Assembly (NCBI GenBank): GCA_965649825.1 | Contig: OZ287710.1 | Coordinates: forward strand, 248,001 to 312,000 | Reading direction: 5' to 3' | Length of the DNA stretch: 64,000 nucleotides | DNA from: Penicillus capitatus | Lineage: Eukaryota > Plantae > Chlorophyta | Translations under genes and position numbers: made by a program | Notes under the pieces: generated by a model | Database searches by the model: none | What the model was told of the DNA's origin: nothing | What the model saw: the letters and a program-made list of their open reading frames with translations, nothing else | Shown: one piece after another, positions 50,261 through 62,736 of the stretch | Numbering within the stretch: position 1 is the first letter of the stretch | How the letters are laid out: each line of letters starts with the position of its first letter

Positions 50261-51250
50261 TCAATTCGGGAGGGTAATAGAGATGAAGGATGGTGTACCT
50301 TCATCCGCGGCTGGTGCAATGGTGGACATCATAGGCTCAAAGAGAGCGGTCATGTCACTTTCCTGTTCGAATGGGCAGTTAATGGCATTTGCCAAACAGA
50401 AACTCTCCTCGTAGCAGTAAGCACAGGGCCACCAATTCACATTTGGCTCGAGCACAGACAATTCATCGCCTCTGTAGCCAAAGATGGTCTACAAACACAC
50501 AAACATCCATTCAGCCATCCTGCCATGTACGACTGGCAGCGCACAATATCTGGATCCGAGGCAATGATGCGTTTCATCTCTTCTGTGTCTTCAAAGACGG
50601 CGGTCTGTCGGGCGTTAATAAAGTCCAAAATGATCGGCGTGTGGCAGTTCGGGACTCCCTGATCATCGAAGACAGCTGGGTCTTCAACGGTGCACACCCG
50701 ATCGAGAAATGCTAAAGGAGAGCATGCGTTTCGAACAGTCTCATGAATATACAAGAGGTCTTACGCTCTCCATAGCTGGCAAAGTTGTAGACATCTGAGA
50801 GTCTCGAGGCAAGGGATGGATCCAATGCGGCCATCGCAATGCCTTTCATCACGACAACGTCGGCATCGTTGACACGCTCATCGGTTGTTTGTAGAGCACG
50901 TTCTCGCAGCTCAGGGGGAAATCTCAAACCCAGTCCCAACGCACGCGAATCGTTGTAGTTCGTCAGCAGCCATGCCACATTCTCGGCGCTGCCAGAGAGA
51001 ACGGAGAGCTGCATGGCAAGCGTCAGATTGAGGGGATCGGCATTGTAGCCCGAAGGAAATGGAGCAACGGAGAGCAGAGTATCGTAGGCTTCATTGGTTA
51101 CGGCATTGAAGAGCGTCTCCCGCGTCACCGTCGAGTCTCGATGGAGCAGCACTGCACAGAATTCTTTGAACGGATAGATGACGGACTCTGTTAAAACGCA
51201 CCGCGACATGAGGCAAAGGATGAGAGCATCAAGAGAAGAAGCGGCAGCAT
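50261..51250 (-). CDS. Secreted protein of unknown family, paralog 1
   Basis: Signal MLPLLLLMLSSFASCR; three GT-AG introns of 50-56 nt; core LGLGLRFP...DADVVVMKGIAMAA; tail CAYCYEESFCLANAINC. Confidence 0.7.
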
Positions 51251-51602
51251 TCTTCGTGTCCTGTGGCGACGAGGAGAGCAGCAGTCGGAGAGTAGTCGTG
51301 CAAACAGTCTATGAAGGCCTCGGATAATAGCTTTAGTGGATCTGCCAGATGCCGCCCACGGCCGCCGCCAACCGTCATCGAATGGCCGTTGATTCTGCAA
51401 ATCAGTCAGAAGGATTCAGCGGTATCCGCTGCAGTGTTTTTTGAATCTAACATGAAATGTTGTTTTCCACAGACAGATCGCCTAGAATAGGATCATAAGG
51501 ATTAATACACAAACACAATATGTACAATAATCATCTATCTTAATTATTAATGCACCGATCCGAGATCGCAGCAGCATTGAACATCGAAGACAAGGATAGT
51601 CC

Positions 51603-52821
51603 TTATTTCGGTCGGCACCAATGCACGTGTTTATTGCAGAATTTCTTTTTCCAGCAGTGAGCGCACAAAAATGTCGCCGCTGGTTGTCCAATGACCAACA
51701 AAGAACGCGTACTGCTTTCTTCCGGCTGGTATACACAGCAGAGTCGTGAGTGAGATAGAGGGCGTCATTTGAAGCGTCTTGCCTGTGGACGGCCTTCCAC
51801 AATTTGTGTCATGAGTTCGAGATCACTGAAATCTTTTCTCAACCGTTTGCGTATGCGATGCATCTCTTCCTCTGTGAAGCAGTTTGGTATGTCCGAGAAA
51901 TCATCTTCTGCAACGGTAGACGCTTCGGCCTCCACTTCGAATTCGAACTCGAAATCGTCGCCATTGTAAGAACCTTCCCAGTGCTAAGCACACCACGTCC
52001 TGTCACATCAACGGAGCATGTGCGAATGGTATCCTTGCTTTTGTCTTGATTTCTGGGTCGGCATGAATTGTGAAAGTCCCCGACGAGTTTGTGATTCGTT
52101 TGAAGGAGGTCTTGATCACCGTTTTGTTTTTTGAGATGGTGCCAAGAGATTTGGATTCTTCGGGGCAAAGATTATTGTCAAAATCTAAACCGTAATGTGT
52201 TCGTGCGTTTGCTGCGCACGGCAATAGAGACAGACGTACCGATTCCGTAGATAGCCCCAACAAAAATTTCTGTCAGCTTGTCAGACATGTCGTGTTCAAC
52301 AGCTGCCAAGGCCATTCCTTTTAAGGCCACAACATCTGGATCTGCGTCGCGGACGTTCGTTTTGATGAGGTATTTATTCTTGAGCGATTCGGGAACAGTA
52401 AATCCAAGGGCTAGATTTGGAATATCATCGATATCCCTCAGCAGTCTCGATAGTTCCTCAGTCTCGGCGTTCAAAATGGCATCCCTGACTCTCTCTGTCA
52501 CATTCCTTTCCTCCACCGGAGGTGGCGATGACGGATTCGTCTCGCTGATGACGACTGTCGAAGGTGACGACCGCGTCTTTGTGTAGGTAACGGAGGTTGT
52601 GCTTGACGCCGTGGCAGTGGCTGTCGCCGATGCCGAGGAGGAATGCGTGACCGTCCGCGTCTCCGTCACGAAACCTTCGTCCGTGTTCTTATCCTCGCCA
52701 AACACACCTAGAGCGAATCTCTATCATAGCTGCAGAAATGGACACGGGACGCACCCTGCGGTGATTGAAGGCAGACGAGAAAAGTCGCCAAACGCAAAAG
52801 AGCGAGGAGTGAGAACCGCAT
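51603..52821 (-). CDS. Secreted protein of unknown family, paralog 2 (Ser/Thr-rich stalk)
   Basis: Signal MRFSLLALLRLATFLVCLQ; core LALGFTVP...DPDVVALKGMALAA; IPNCFT...FSDLELMTQI; tail CAHCWKKKFCNKHVHWC; needs GC-AG intron(s). Confidence 0.68.
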
Positions 52822-53298
52822 GTTTTCAATCTCGCGACCAAGGTCGTGTATGTTGATGCACTCGGACGAACTTTCTAACTTCTGACTGACCGAGTGAGGT
52901 ACGCTGAAGTCTATGTTTCTTCTCAGTTCTTATCCGACAAATGCGTAACGGCGATTTCGAAGGTGTTAACCGTCAAGAGCATGTTGACTACCATCAGTTT
53001 GTTATGTATTGGAATTGTACATCGCTAGGATTCACGGGACGAGGCCGTTTAGCTGTCTAGCAGACGACATGCAATCCGTCTACCCGACAATGCCAACATC
53101 ACAACCAAACCACGAAGAAAGAATTATTGCAACATTCGGGGCAAAGAGGCCCCGACTTCGGTCTCGTGGAAAAAATGCACATCACATCTTATCAAGCGTG
53201 TCGAAACTGAGAGGAAACGAGAATGTCATCGGAAAGTTGACAGACAGAAACTCAAAATGCAGAGAGGCGGCGGTGCGGCAGGTTAATGGATCACGTGT

Positions 53299-54007
53299 TT
53301 AGCACCACGGTGCATTCTTCACGCAGAACTTCTTCTCGAAACAGATGCTGCATAGAGAGCAGTCTGCAGGCTCTCCTTTAGCGGCAAGTCTGCGTCGACC
53401 ACCATTGCCGGCTTCTTCTTCTTCTTCGAAAATCTCTTGGGGATCGGCGTCCAAAATGGCTTGCATCTCTGTTGCATTGCTGAAAGATTCAAAAAGTCCC
53501 TTGAATGTGGAGGCCGGGTCCGCAACGAAGCCCGGCCCTGAGGAACATATGTTAGCACGAGGACACGGAAGACATGGGCAGTACCTTGGAGGACTAAGAC
53601 AGCTGTGAAGACCTTCGCCAAGGCATCTGGGTCGCCGTTTCCGAAGAGAATCGCATCCGCAAATCCGCGAATGGCATTGACATCGGGATCACCGAATCGC
53701 GTGGGAGTCACGCGCGTGAAAAGCGCCTCTTGTTCGGGTTCGTAGCGGAATCCACGAGCCACCGTGGTGATATTGGTGACGTTGCTGAGAATCGACTGCA
53801 ACGCGAATGCATTGCCGGCGAGGATGTGTTCACGAATTCTCAGAACGAACTGTTCTTCCGCTTCTTCCTCTGGTGTCAGTGTTGCCTCTGTAACAAGACG
53901 CTTGCCCATCGAGACTGCCATAGCAGAAAGAAACGCTCACGTGTGTAGCAACTGCAGACGAGTACTGAGCATATCGCAACAAAAAGGAAACTCTTCGACG
54001 AAGACAT
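53299..54007 (-). CDS. Secreted protein of unknown family, paralog 3
   Basis: Signal MSSSKSFLFVAICSVLVCSCYT; core VARGFRY...DPDVNAIRGFADA; GRRRL, then CSLCSICFEKKFCVKNAPWC-stop. Confidence 0.72.
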
Positions 54008-54137
54008 CTAGTAAAGGACAACGAGAACGTCGATGGTCGATAAACGAAATAGGCTTGGTCACAACGACAAGAGCTTTCTGAACTTGGCCAACGAGATGTC
54101 ACGTTTAAAGGATCGACGGTTTAGTCAGAGCGCCGCA

Positions 54138-56114
54138 TTAGCTGCTAATGACGCCTTCAAAAAGCCGCAATTCGTGATCGTCCATTTCGCCTTCCTTGGT
54201 CCACATATTTCTCCATGGACCGCCGGGCAGCTGAAAAGGCGCAGAGCAAGCGTACAACATCGAAAGCATAGAACATTCGGCACGTTGCTGTCGCTTTGCC
54301 ATATTCAATGCATCAAGCGTCGATGCGAGACACTCCTGTTCTTACACGCCAAGCGACACGTGTTCTTACAGAGGAGGATTCGGATGGTGAGGAGGACTCA
54401 CGCGAACTTCATCCAGACGAGCGCTCATCTGCTCAAAAGCATTGTGGATTGCCTGATTTGCCCAAGGACGAGACACAAATTCTCTCAAGGTGTTAATCGA
54501 CTGTGGCGTCTGCCCCTTGAATTGGGCAAAGTCATCTTCCAGGTCAGACACCTGCTCTTTATATCTCTCCGAGTCGTCCGACAGCTTCTCCAAGCAGCTC
54601 TCCAGCTTTTCAGTCACGAGCTTCATATACTCGTATCTTTGGTAAGCTTTTTTGAGAGGATCAAAGTCAGGCGACTCGATTTCGGACAATGCCTGACCGG
54701 CTTCGTTTTCATTCGAGCTGTCATCTGCAGTGGCGGAATGCGAAGACGGGAGGGTTTCGACCGAACTCTTGTTGAAGAAACTGGAACGGAAGATCGATGC
54801 CGAGGTGCGATGTCCGTGCTGAAAGACAGCAATCGATGCATCCAAGTCGTGGAAGCTGCCCAGAAACTGCGTCGAGTGTTTGAACTTCCACACTTCGCAG
54901 TTTTCCATCTCGGATCCCGATGCATCGCCGAACAGCGCACAGGCAAGCCACCCAAAACGCAATCTGAGGACGTCGGAGCCACATTGGCAGTACATGAGCT
55001 CCGGATGACGCGTATCTTGCCACAGCTGCACTTTTGTCTTCTTTTTGGATTTCTTCTGCAGCTCGACCACCTCGACCAAGTGCAGCTTCGCCGTCGTTTC
55101 CTTGAGTGTACAGATTCGGGCACCCATGGATGTGATCATCGCATCCGAAGCCGGCACGATTTCGGGCGTGATATCTTCAATCAGGGCATGGCTATAGAGC
55201 ACGCCGTATGCTGTCCCTATCGTCAGCGTGGTGCATCTCTTCTCATACGAAGCGGATGAAAGACAGACGGCTTGATCACACTCCGTCTGTGCAAAATCTG
55301 TTTCCCATTCCGACAATAATCCGTTATTGATGGGACCCTGCATCGCCGGGACGTGCTGTACCTCAAACTCTGAACCCCGACTCACACATTCCGTCAACAG
55401 GTCCTTCAGGGTATCCTTCGAGATGGTACACCGTCCGGCGGCTTTCAGAATATGCTCTTCCAGTTTTAGCCCCATCGGAAAAACTGGACACAGTACGAAG
55501 AGGCCTCCATCTTCGTACAGTACGAAAATGCTGAACAGTCCCCAAGGAAGTGAAGGGGCAAATCCGATATCGACCGGAAAGGCATGTCGTGTATCGGAGA
55601 TTCCCAGCGGCGCAATGTCGTAGCGCCTGAGGCGATAAACGCGTTCAGGAAACAGCGGCTTTTCGGTGTCATACAGCTCCAGCGTCGCATCGGCCTTCAG
55701 AACGCATAGGGTCTCGGTCTCTCCGGGAAACAGACGTACGCATTGCACGTCAACATCTTCCAGCTTGATGGGTTGATAGAAGGGCACCTCGAATGCCTCT
55801 TTGTCATCGCCGTAGCGTCGGGTGTCAAGTCGAATGACGCCGAACGCTGATGGCTCTTCGCCTTTGAGCAGCAGTGAACGTCCGCTGTCGGAAACGGACA
55901 CGTCCGCGATGGAGAACGGCGGCGAGGGTGTCGGTTGAAAGAGCACTTCGACATCGCAGTCGTCGAAGTCTCCCGCTCGTTGATGCTCCACCGCAAACTT
56001 CCGAACCGAACTGCGACGAAAGCGACCGATTCGACCGTCGACTCCGACGCCATAAACGACGCCGTTTGCAGCACAGCAAAGACGATGCGGACCTGAGGAG
56101 GACACTCGCTGCAT
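54138..56114 (-). CDS. Nucleoporin NUP88/Nup82-like (beta-propeller plus coiled coil)
   Basis: LFSIFVLYEDGGLFVLCPVFP resembles plant NUP88/MOS7; propeller N-terminus and helical C-terminus; 3' end approximate. Confidence 0.7.
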
Positions 56115-56530
56115 CCCGTTTCAAATGTAATGTTTTCATTCGACGTTTCTATTTCGTATATGCAGGATCCTTTGCCAGCGAAACGTCAATGCTCATCTTC
56201 TATCCCTGTAAGGAGTCGTCGATCGGATGCGAGGCGCCGTTGTGGGGAAGGAGTATTGCTTGACTGGTGTCTTTCTTTTTTTCTGCGATCTCTGGTACCG
56301 CCGAATGCACCGTGGATGCTCATCATTGCTTCATTACTTACTTCTATTTGCTTTGCCCATTCGTCGATACGCGCACGGACGAACGAACGAGAGACAGAGT
56401 ACGCACGCACGTACACAATCACGTCACTGTCTGCCTCTGTGCTGGCTAAGAAGGAACCTGTTCGTAGGCATTCACAAACTGTTCGGCTGAATTGCGTGCC
56501 TTTCCGTTTTGGACGCTCCTCCAAAGAAAC

Positions 56531-58470
56531 ATGTCAATGGACGACTCCTCTCAATTTTATGATGCCGAAGAGTACTTCGAAGCTCTATCGGATTGCACCG
56601 AAGATTATGTCGACGTCCAAGGTGCCTCGCACCTTCATTCCACTCTGAGACATGTTGTCCGTCCATCATAGACGACGTGATGAGCGAGACGTCTATTTTG
56701 GATGATGATTATCTCCATCGACTGGCTTTCTACGGAGATATCGAACAGCTGGAGGAAGAACTCAGGAAATGTACTTCTGAGGACAAAGTCCGATTGGATG
56801 CACAAGGAAACACCGTCCGGCTGTCCGTTGGCATGACCAGAGAAGAGACAGATGTGTGTCTGTGCAGATCTTGCATTTGGGTGTGCTGCGTGGTAACAAA
56901 GATGTACTGAGAGTGGCCTTGGAGGCAAAAGTCCCTTCCGATACAAGAAACGCCCGGGGATGGACGGCTCTCGATGAAGCGATCGCTGCAAAGGATCGAG
57001 ATTGTGTTTCTCTGCTTTACCTCCATACTGTCCAGGAGATGAAGGCAGAAATGAAGATCGCTAAAACACAGCTCGTGCAAACCCTTCAAGAAATGCCAGA
57101 TTACTCCATGGAGGTCCGTTGTCTGCACGTGGGGTATGGCTTGCGGGACACCAAGCGTGATCTTTAGCTTTCGTGGCAGCTGGGCAGTCCAGTCATCGGC
57201 TATCTTCTGCGAAAATTTGCGCCACATGACACGTATAAAATCTATAAGTCTGGATCCAAGATACGCGTGGATGGCACATTGATGGGCATCAACAAAAATA
57301 CATCTTCTGTTTTACCAGAGTGGAAGAGAGGCGATTTTTCGCTTCTTTTCGATGGGAGCACCACCCCTGCACTCATCTATCTCGTCTTTCATGATACAAG
57401 TAAGCATCACGTCACATCACCGCCTGAGCACAAGCCGTGTTATGACAGAGGAGTATCTGGATCTGACGGAGGAGAAGCTAGAGAGAAAACGAAATGGGCA
57501 ACTCGATTTTGATGCCGATCTCATCATGGCAAACGGAGCAGGGAAGACCAAACTTAGAGCCACAGATTTTCGGTGTGAAAACACACATCAGCCGAGCATC
57601 GTGATTGACTGAGACAGGCGTTGTGCAGATTCAAACCAGTAAAGGGGTGGCTCAGCAAACACCAGACAGAAAAGATCGAGAACTGGACGACGTATATCTA
57701 CGAAGCTTCGGGGAAGATGACAGCCGTTCGCCGACTAAAGTCCCATCTCGATATTCCAACGAATTGCACTTATGAAGGCATGACACACTTGCCCCTTTGC
57801 TCACTGCGATGATGATGAGGGAGGGTTTGCCGTACTAGAGTATCTCAAAATGCAGATCATCGAGGACACAGTCGTCGAGATACCTGTCAACCCACCAGGA
57901 CTAAAGGGATCTGCGAATGAAGAGGATCCAGAAGCGGCGTCGTTTGTAGGTGATTGCAGTCCTGTTCGGTTAATACAGATGATGCGACAGGAAATGGCTT
58001 CCGAGAAAAAAGTGAAGCCAAAGAAGCTAACAGGGCGTTGCTGGATGGCTGAGAATTTTCCAATGTCTCTGCGTCAGCTGCTTCCGCTGCTGGATGTCGT
58101 CGGTCACGCTAACAAACATCTTGGCAGGGTTTCCAAATTTATGCGGAAATACGGCGACATGAACATGTTCCCTGTTCGAATCCAAGTCTCTATTCCCACG
58201 CTCTTATCTGTCTGCCAGCTGCTGACGTGATGTGACTGATCACAGGTTCCTCTGCTGCTGACAGTCTATTTGATGGTGTCTTTCAAAAAGTTCAAGCTCA
58301 CAAAGTCACCAGACGGCTGGTGTGATTTGCCCGAAAATTATAAACGCGTGAAACTTGGAAGTGCTATGTCAAGCTCCTTGGCTGCATTGCAGGGAAAGAA
58401 ATCGGCCGACAGCAGCGGCAGTTCTGACGAATCCTTTTCGAGATTTGCAGAGCAAACTATCGATTATTGA
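56531..58470 (+). CDS. ANKRD13-like ankyrin plus GPCR-chaperone (DUF3424) protein
   Basis: DAQGNT|ILHLGV, NARGWTALDEA, MPDYSME|LSWQL, APHDTYKIYK, RVDGTLMG, WMAENFPMSLRQLLPLLDVVGHANKH, FPVRIQ|VP. Confidence 0.9.
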
Positions 58471-58722
58471 CCTAACCAACCTCGTTCATTCCTTCGCGGG
58501 CCACATTTGCGCGCATGCATGCAATGGCACAAACCTGGGTGTTAGGACGATGGTATCTTGCCGTAGAAGGTCTGTTTCGATACGATCTCAGGCACAGATG
58601 GGAAAAGCTTTTTAATTATAACAGAGTGATTCTGGGAGTCATCTGATTTCTCTTCTTGTTGCTGTCATGAGTCATCGCTTCTTGATTGTTTCTTGGCCTT
58701 CTTGTACAAATCATCCCCTTTC

Positions 58723-61700
58723 TTACACAGGCCAATGACTTTGAAGTGCTATACAGTGGACCTGATTGTCGCGACAACCCAATAAGAGACATGTGCTGAG
58801 AATGATTAAAGGAGAAAACGCTTCATGTGGAAGCTTGTAAGCTCCATAGAGGCCAACCTCATTTCCTTCATTTGCATCATGGACCTTCAAACAGAAGAGC
58901 ATCTTTGAATGACCGACAAGAAAAATCCAGAAAGCTGAGGCATCTGGCGGGTCACATAAACAAATGCTTGGCGGACGCGAAATGGATTCCGAATAAACGT
59001 GGACAGTGAGGAGTATGCTCTGTTTTGTGCTTTCTATCAAGATCAGCTTCCCTGATTGTGTCACGACCAACATTAGCCAATCATCTTCTCTCTTCACAAG
59101 GGTCACGGGGGCAAAAATTCGATCGTGCAGATCTGTGGACCAGGCAGAAATGCCTAGACGCATTGGGTTGAGATTTTCTGTTTGATTTTTTCTAAAATGG
59201 ATGGACCTGTCTTACTGAGGCATTGCAATCTGCCTTCGACTGTGGGGAACAACACTTCATTTCCCATCCATTGAGGTGCACTAAAGATGGGATCTTTGGC
59301 TTTGTAAGCTGTCTGTTCGCTGAAGTCTAGTCCATCATCATCATCTTCTGACATCTCCAAAATGATGACATGTCCAGAAAGCGTGGCATAACAAACAAAA
59401 CGTAGCTCTGCGTGAAAACAAGGGGGTGCCGAAACAAGACCTGGTGTCTTTATGCTAGAAACAGATGACATTACGCAAGGACTGGTCGAATTGTTCTCAA
59501 TACCTACCTAAGATGTTCTCTTACGTTTAAGAAAACAGTAAGGGTGGAATCGTCGAGCGCTGACCAGAGAGCGCCCTTCCAGGGATCCATGACCAAAGAT
59601 GTTCGGATTGGACTCGACAGTTGAATCTGGCTTTTCTCCACTCCATCTTCTAAGGCCAGCACATGAACACGTGCGTCAGAGGTCGGTATCCACACATCAA
59701 GATCACGGGACGCCATGACACCGAGTGCTGCTCGACCTGCAAAGCCAATGCCGTGCTGCTGTGTTGTTTTGCCAGGGAATGGCGGACGTGCCTTCTACGT
59801 TAGTGATCCAATGACGATACCCTGTCCTTTCATCGAAACAGGCAACACCACCTCCATGACAGGATGCCAGAACAACAGCAAACTGCGGTATCTGTGATGG
59901 AGTGCTGTGAGGAGAGGGATGGGTGGAGAAGTGCAGGACAGTGAGAGGCCCGTCAACGCACTCGCACATTTTTCCACTCCATTTCATCGACAGCACGGGG
60001 TGATCTGAAACGAACGCCTCTAGTGCGTAAGGAAACGATTCGCTGAGCCTTCCATCTGGTGTCACTGTTCGGTAAGTGTGATGCGGATGGATGATCCGGC
60101 AATGAGGTCGCAAAGAACTGTCTCGGGCTTTCCACTCCTGGAGATTCTGCTTCAAAGAGACCTCTGGAATGTGGACACTCGTGTCGCATGACTGGAGGTA
60201 GTGTATGGGGTAAGTTATGCCTTGTTCCTGTACATCCCTTGATGTCATCGTCATTTTTTTGCGTTTTCGAGAGAGCATCTCCTGATCCTCATCCTGCCTT
60301 GTCTCTTGACGTGTGCTTTCTTCTTCAGAGACGGTAGCGATCTGGTAAGAATGGTCCCCGTCTTGGAACAACGTGACATGCGTTGGTGCTGTGTCGGCAA
60401 CCTCTGTACGGACCGAAACATTCGGCGCACCCCTGATAGAAGCTGCCAGCTTTCTGGCGGTGGGATAGGCTTGGACTAGTAAAGGATCGATCTGCAACAG
60501 ATCTGCCACTTCTTCCAGCGCGATCGAATCCCCTCCGCAATAAAAGAAATCATCTGTCGGTTCGATTGTTTCATCTCCCAGGACTCCACGGAAGGCACAG
60601 AGGAGGTCTGCTTCATTTAGGAAGCGTGTTGGATGGATAAATGATCTTGGCCGGATCTCTGGGGAAGGAAGACGATGTCTCATAACCTTTCCCGAATCCG
60701 ATCGTGGAAAATGGTCGACAAAGAGAATGCAATGGCGATCCAGAGACACATCCACAGAGCAATCCATTCTCAGCGTTTTTCGAATCGACTCTCTCAGAGG
60801 TGTTTCATCTGCACGAGGTAAATGGAGAATGTCGAGAGCAGCGATGACGTACTTTCCGGCTTAAGGTCATCAGAAGCTATGATGTAGATGACAAGGTCAG
60901 GGTGCCGCGAAACGGCTACGGCATCTGCAACGGATTTGAGTTTTTTCAACGATCTCTCGATTTCTAGCAGATGCACAAACTTTCCCGAGAGTTTGACGCG
61001 ATGATCCAGACGGCCACAAAACCACAGCAATCCTAACAGCACTTCCAGAGACGATTGTATATATGAGATATCTCGTAGACCTGTCGAATCGATACATCCC
61101 AGATCGCCCGTTCTGAAAAGCGTGACCTTCGATTCAGCAGGTCGCCAATCGTCGGACCAAATTCCATTCCCTTCTTCCATGGCCGTCTGTAGAATCTCTG
61201 CGGACCACTCAACGAAGGCAGATGCTGAATGTGACGATGGCGACTGGCCAGATTCATAAAACAAGCCACAACCACCGACGCAGATCTCTCCTTTTCTTTC
61301 ATCCCTTGGTGCTGAACTCTCCCCAAAATCGACGTTGAGCGTTTCATCCCTCTGTTCGGTTGTCGGTTCCAGGAGAAAAACGCAGGACTGCGAAATTGGA
61401 TGCCCGAGTGGCAGGCTTTCACGGATGGCGGAAGTGGGAGGGTGATAATCCTTCAGAACGAAGTCGGGCGAAATCTCAAAGCAGGTACTGTCGCCTGCCG
61501 CCTCTGTACATCCATAGAGATTCAGAAACCGACACTGAGCAGACACATGTTTCCGCACTACCCTGTGCACCCACGTCCCTTATAAGAATTTCAAACGTAC
61601 TGTTACTGTGCAGTATCCTCTGTCAACGGCTCTCCGCTCGAAATCACGATCTTCAAAGGAAGGGGAACGTGACAGCTGTTCTTTTCTCGATCGAGATAGT

Positions 61701-62693
61701 CAAACCATGACTGTAGAAGAGATGGAACGCTAACCTGCAGTCGGAAAGCCATAGTATTCAGTAAAAGAGTGAGAAATGAGATTTTGAGTGAGATACCATG
61801 TGTGTCACACGCATTTCTGTAACGCTCTCCCAAAGATCTTTGGGTTTGTACACCGTCGATCTTGGAAGAATGACCAAAGTCGCTTCTGCAAGCAGCGGTC
61901 CAAAAATCTGCCAGATGCTGTCCACGAAGGTTGGCTGTGTCGTCCACGCCACCCTTTACAGTAACTGAAATCCTTCCTTCCCTTTGAGGACGTGCCTGTC
62001 AGTAGGATGCCACGGATGGAATGTCGACATCCATCGACATCTATTCAAAATGCCTCTCTCCGTTCCATTCACCCCTTTCGCCACTCCTGTACTTCCGGAA
62101 GAGAACATCGTGTAACAATGGTCACAGTCTCCGACAGCGTCCGCTACGCAGATGTCTTTCATGGACGCATCAGTTGCCGTCTTGCTAAGGGCACTGGGCA
62201 AAGTATCCACCATCAGGACAGAAAGATCCACTGATGCTTTCTCAAGTTCCTTGACATGGATGGTATCGCTGATCACTAGGGACACGTGCGCCTCGGCGAT
62301 GATGCGCTGCATTTCTTGAACAGACCATCCTGGATTCATCGGCACGAATATCCCACTACAAAGAGATAGCGTGAGATGCACAGCAGTCGTGCATCAAGGG
62401 TTACCCGATCTTCATCACGGCTAAAGTGGACACGATATAAGAAACAGATGCGGGAAGCAGAATACCAACACACTTCATCGGCCCTACCTCATCACCTCTC
62501 CTCTGCAATTCTTGTGCCAAAATCACGACCTGTTGACGCCATCGCCCTCGCTCGGGCATTCTCTCTAAAACCGTACCCGGGATAGAACAGTGGTGGCAGG
62601 GTATTCATGAAAGGAGCATGGGTGTTCGCCAGCAGGGCATTCGAAGATCGACCATCGTCGGTCGCCCGTCCAGATGGAATTGAAGAGACGCAT
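58723..62693 (-). CDS. AASDH/ACSF4-like NRPS-type protein: adenylation, carrier (PP-binding) and PQQ-like propeller domains
   Basis: YTMFSSGSTGVAKGV, SSGEPL, NLYGCTEAAGD, FRTGDLG, GRLDHRVKLSG; carrier DDFFYCGGDS; C-terminal propeller repeats. Confidence 0.88.
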
Positions 62694-62736
62694 GTTCGTG
62701 GCGTCATCCGTATCATCTCCGCTTTATTCCGTCACG

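Noticed and set aside
51189-51202. Apparent 14-nt micro-intron after the paralog 1 signal peptide
   Set aside because: A downstream acceptor (TGTGCAG) gives a normal 50-nt intron in the same phase
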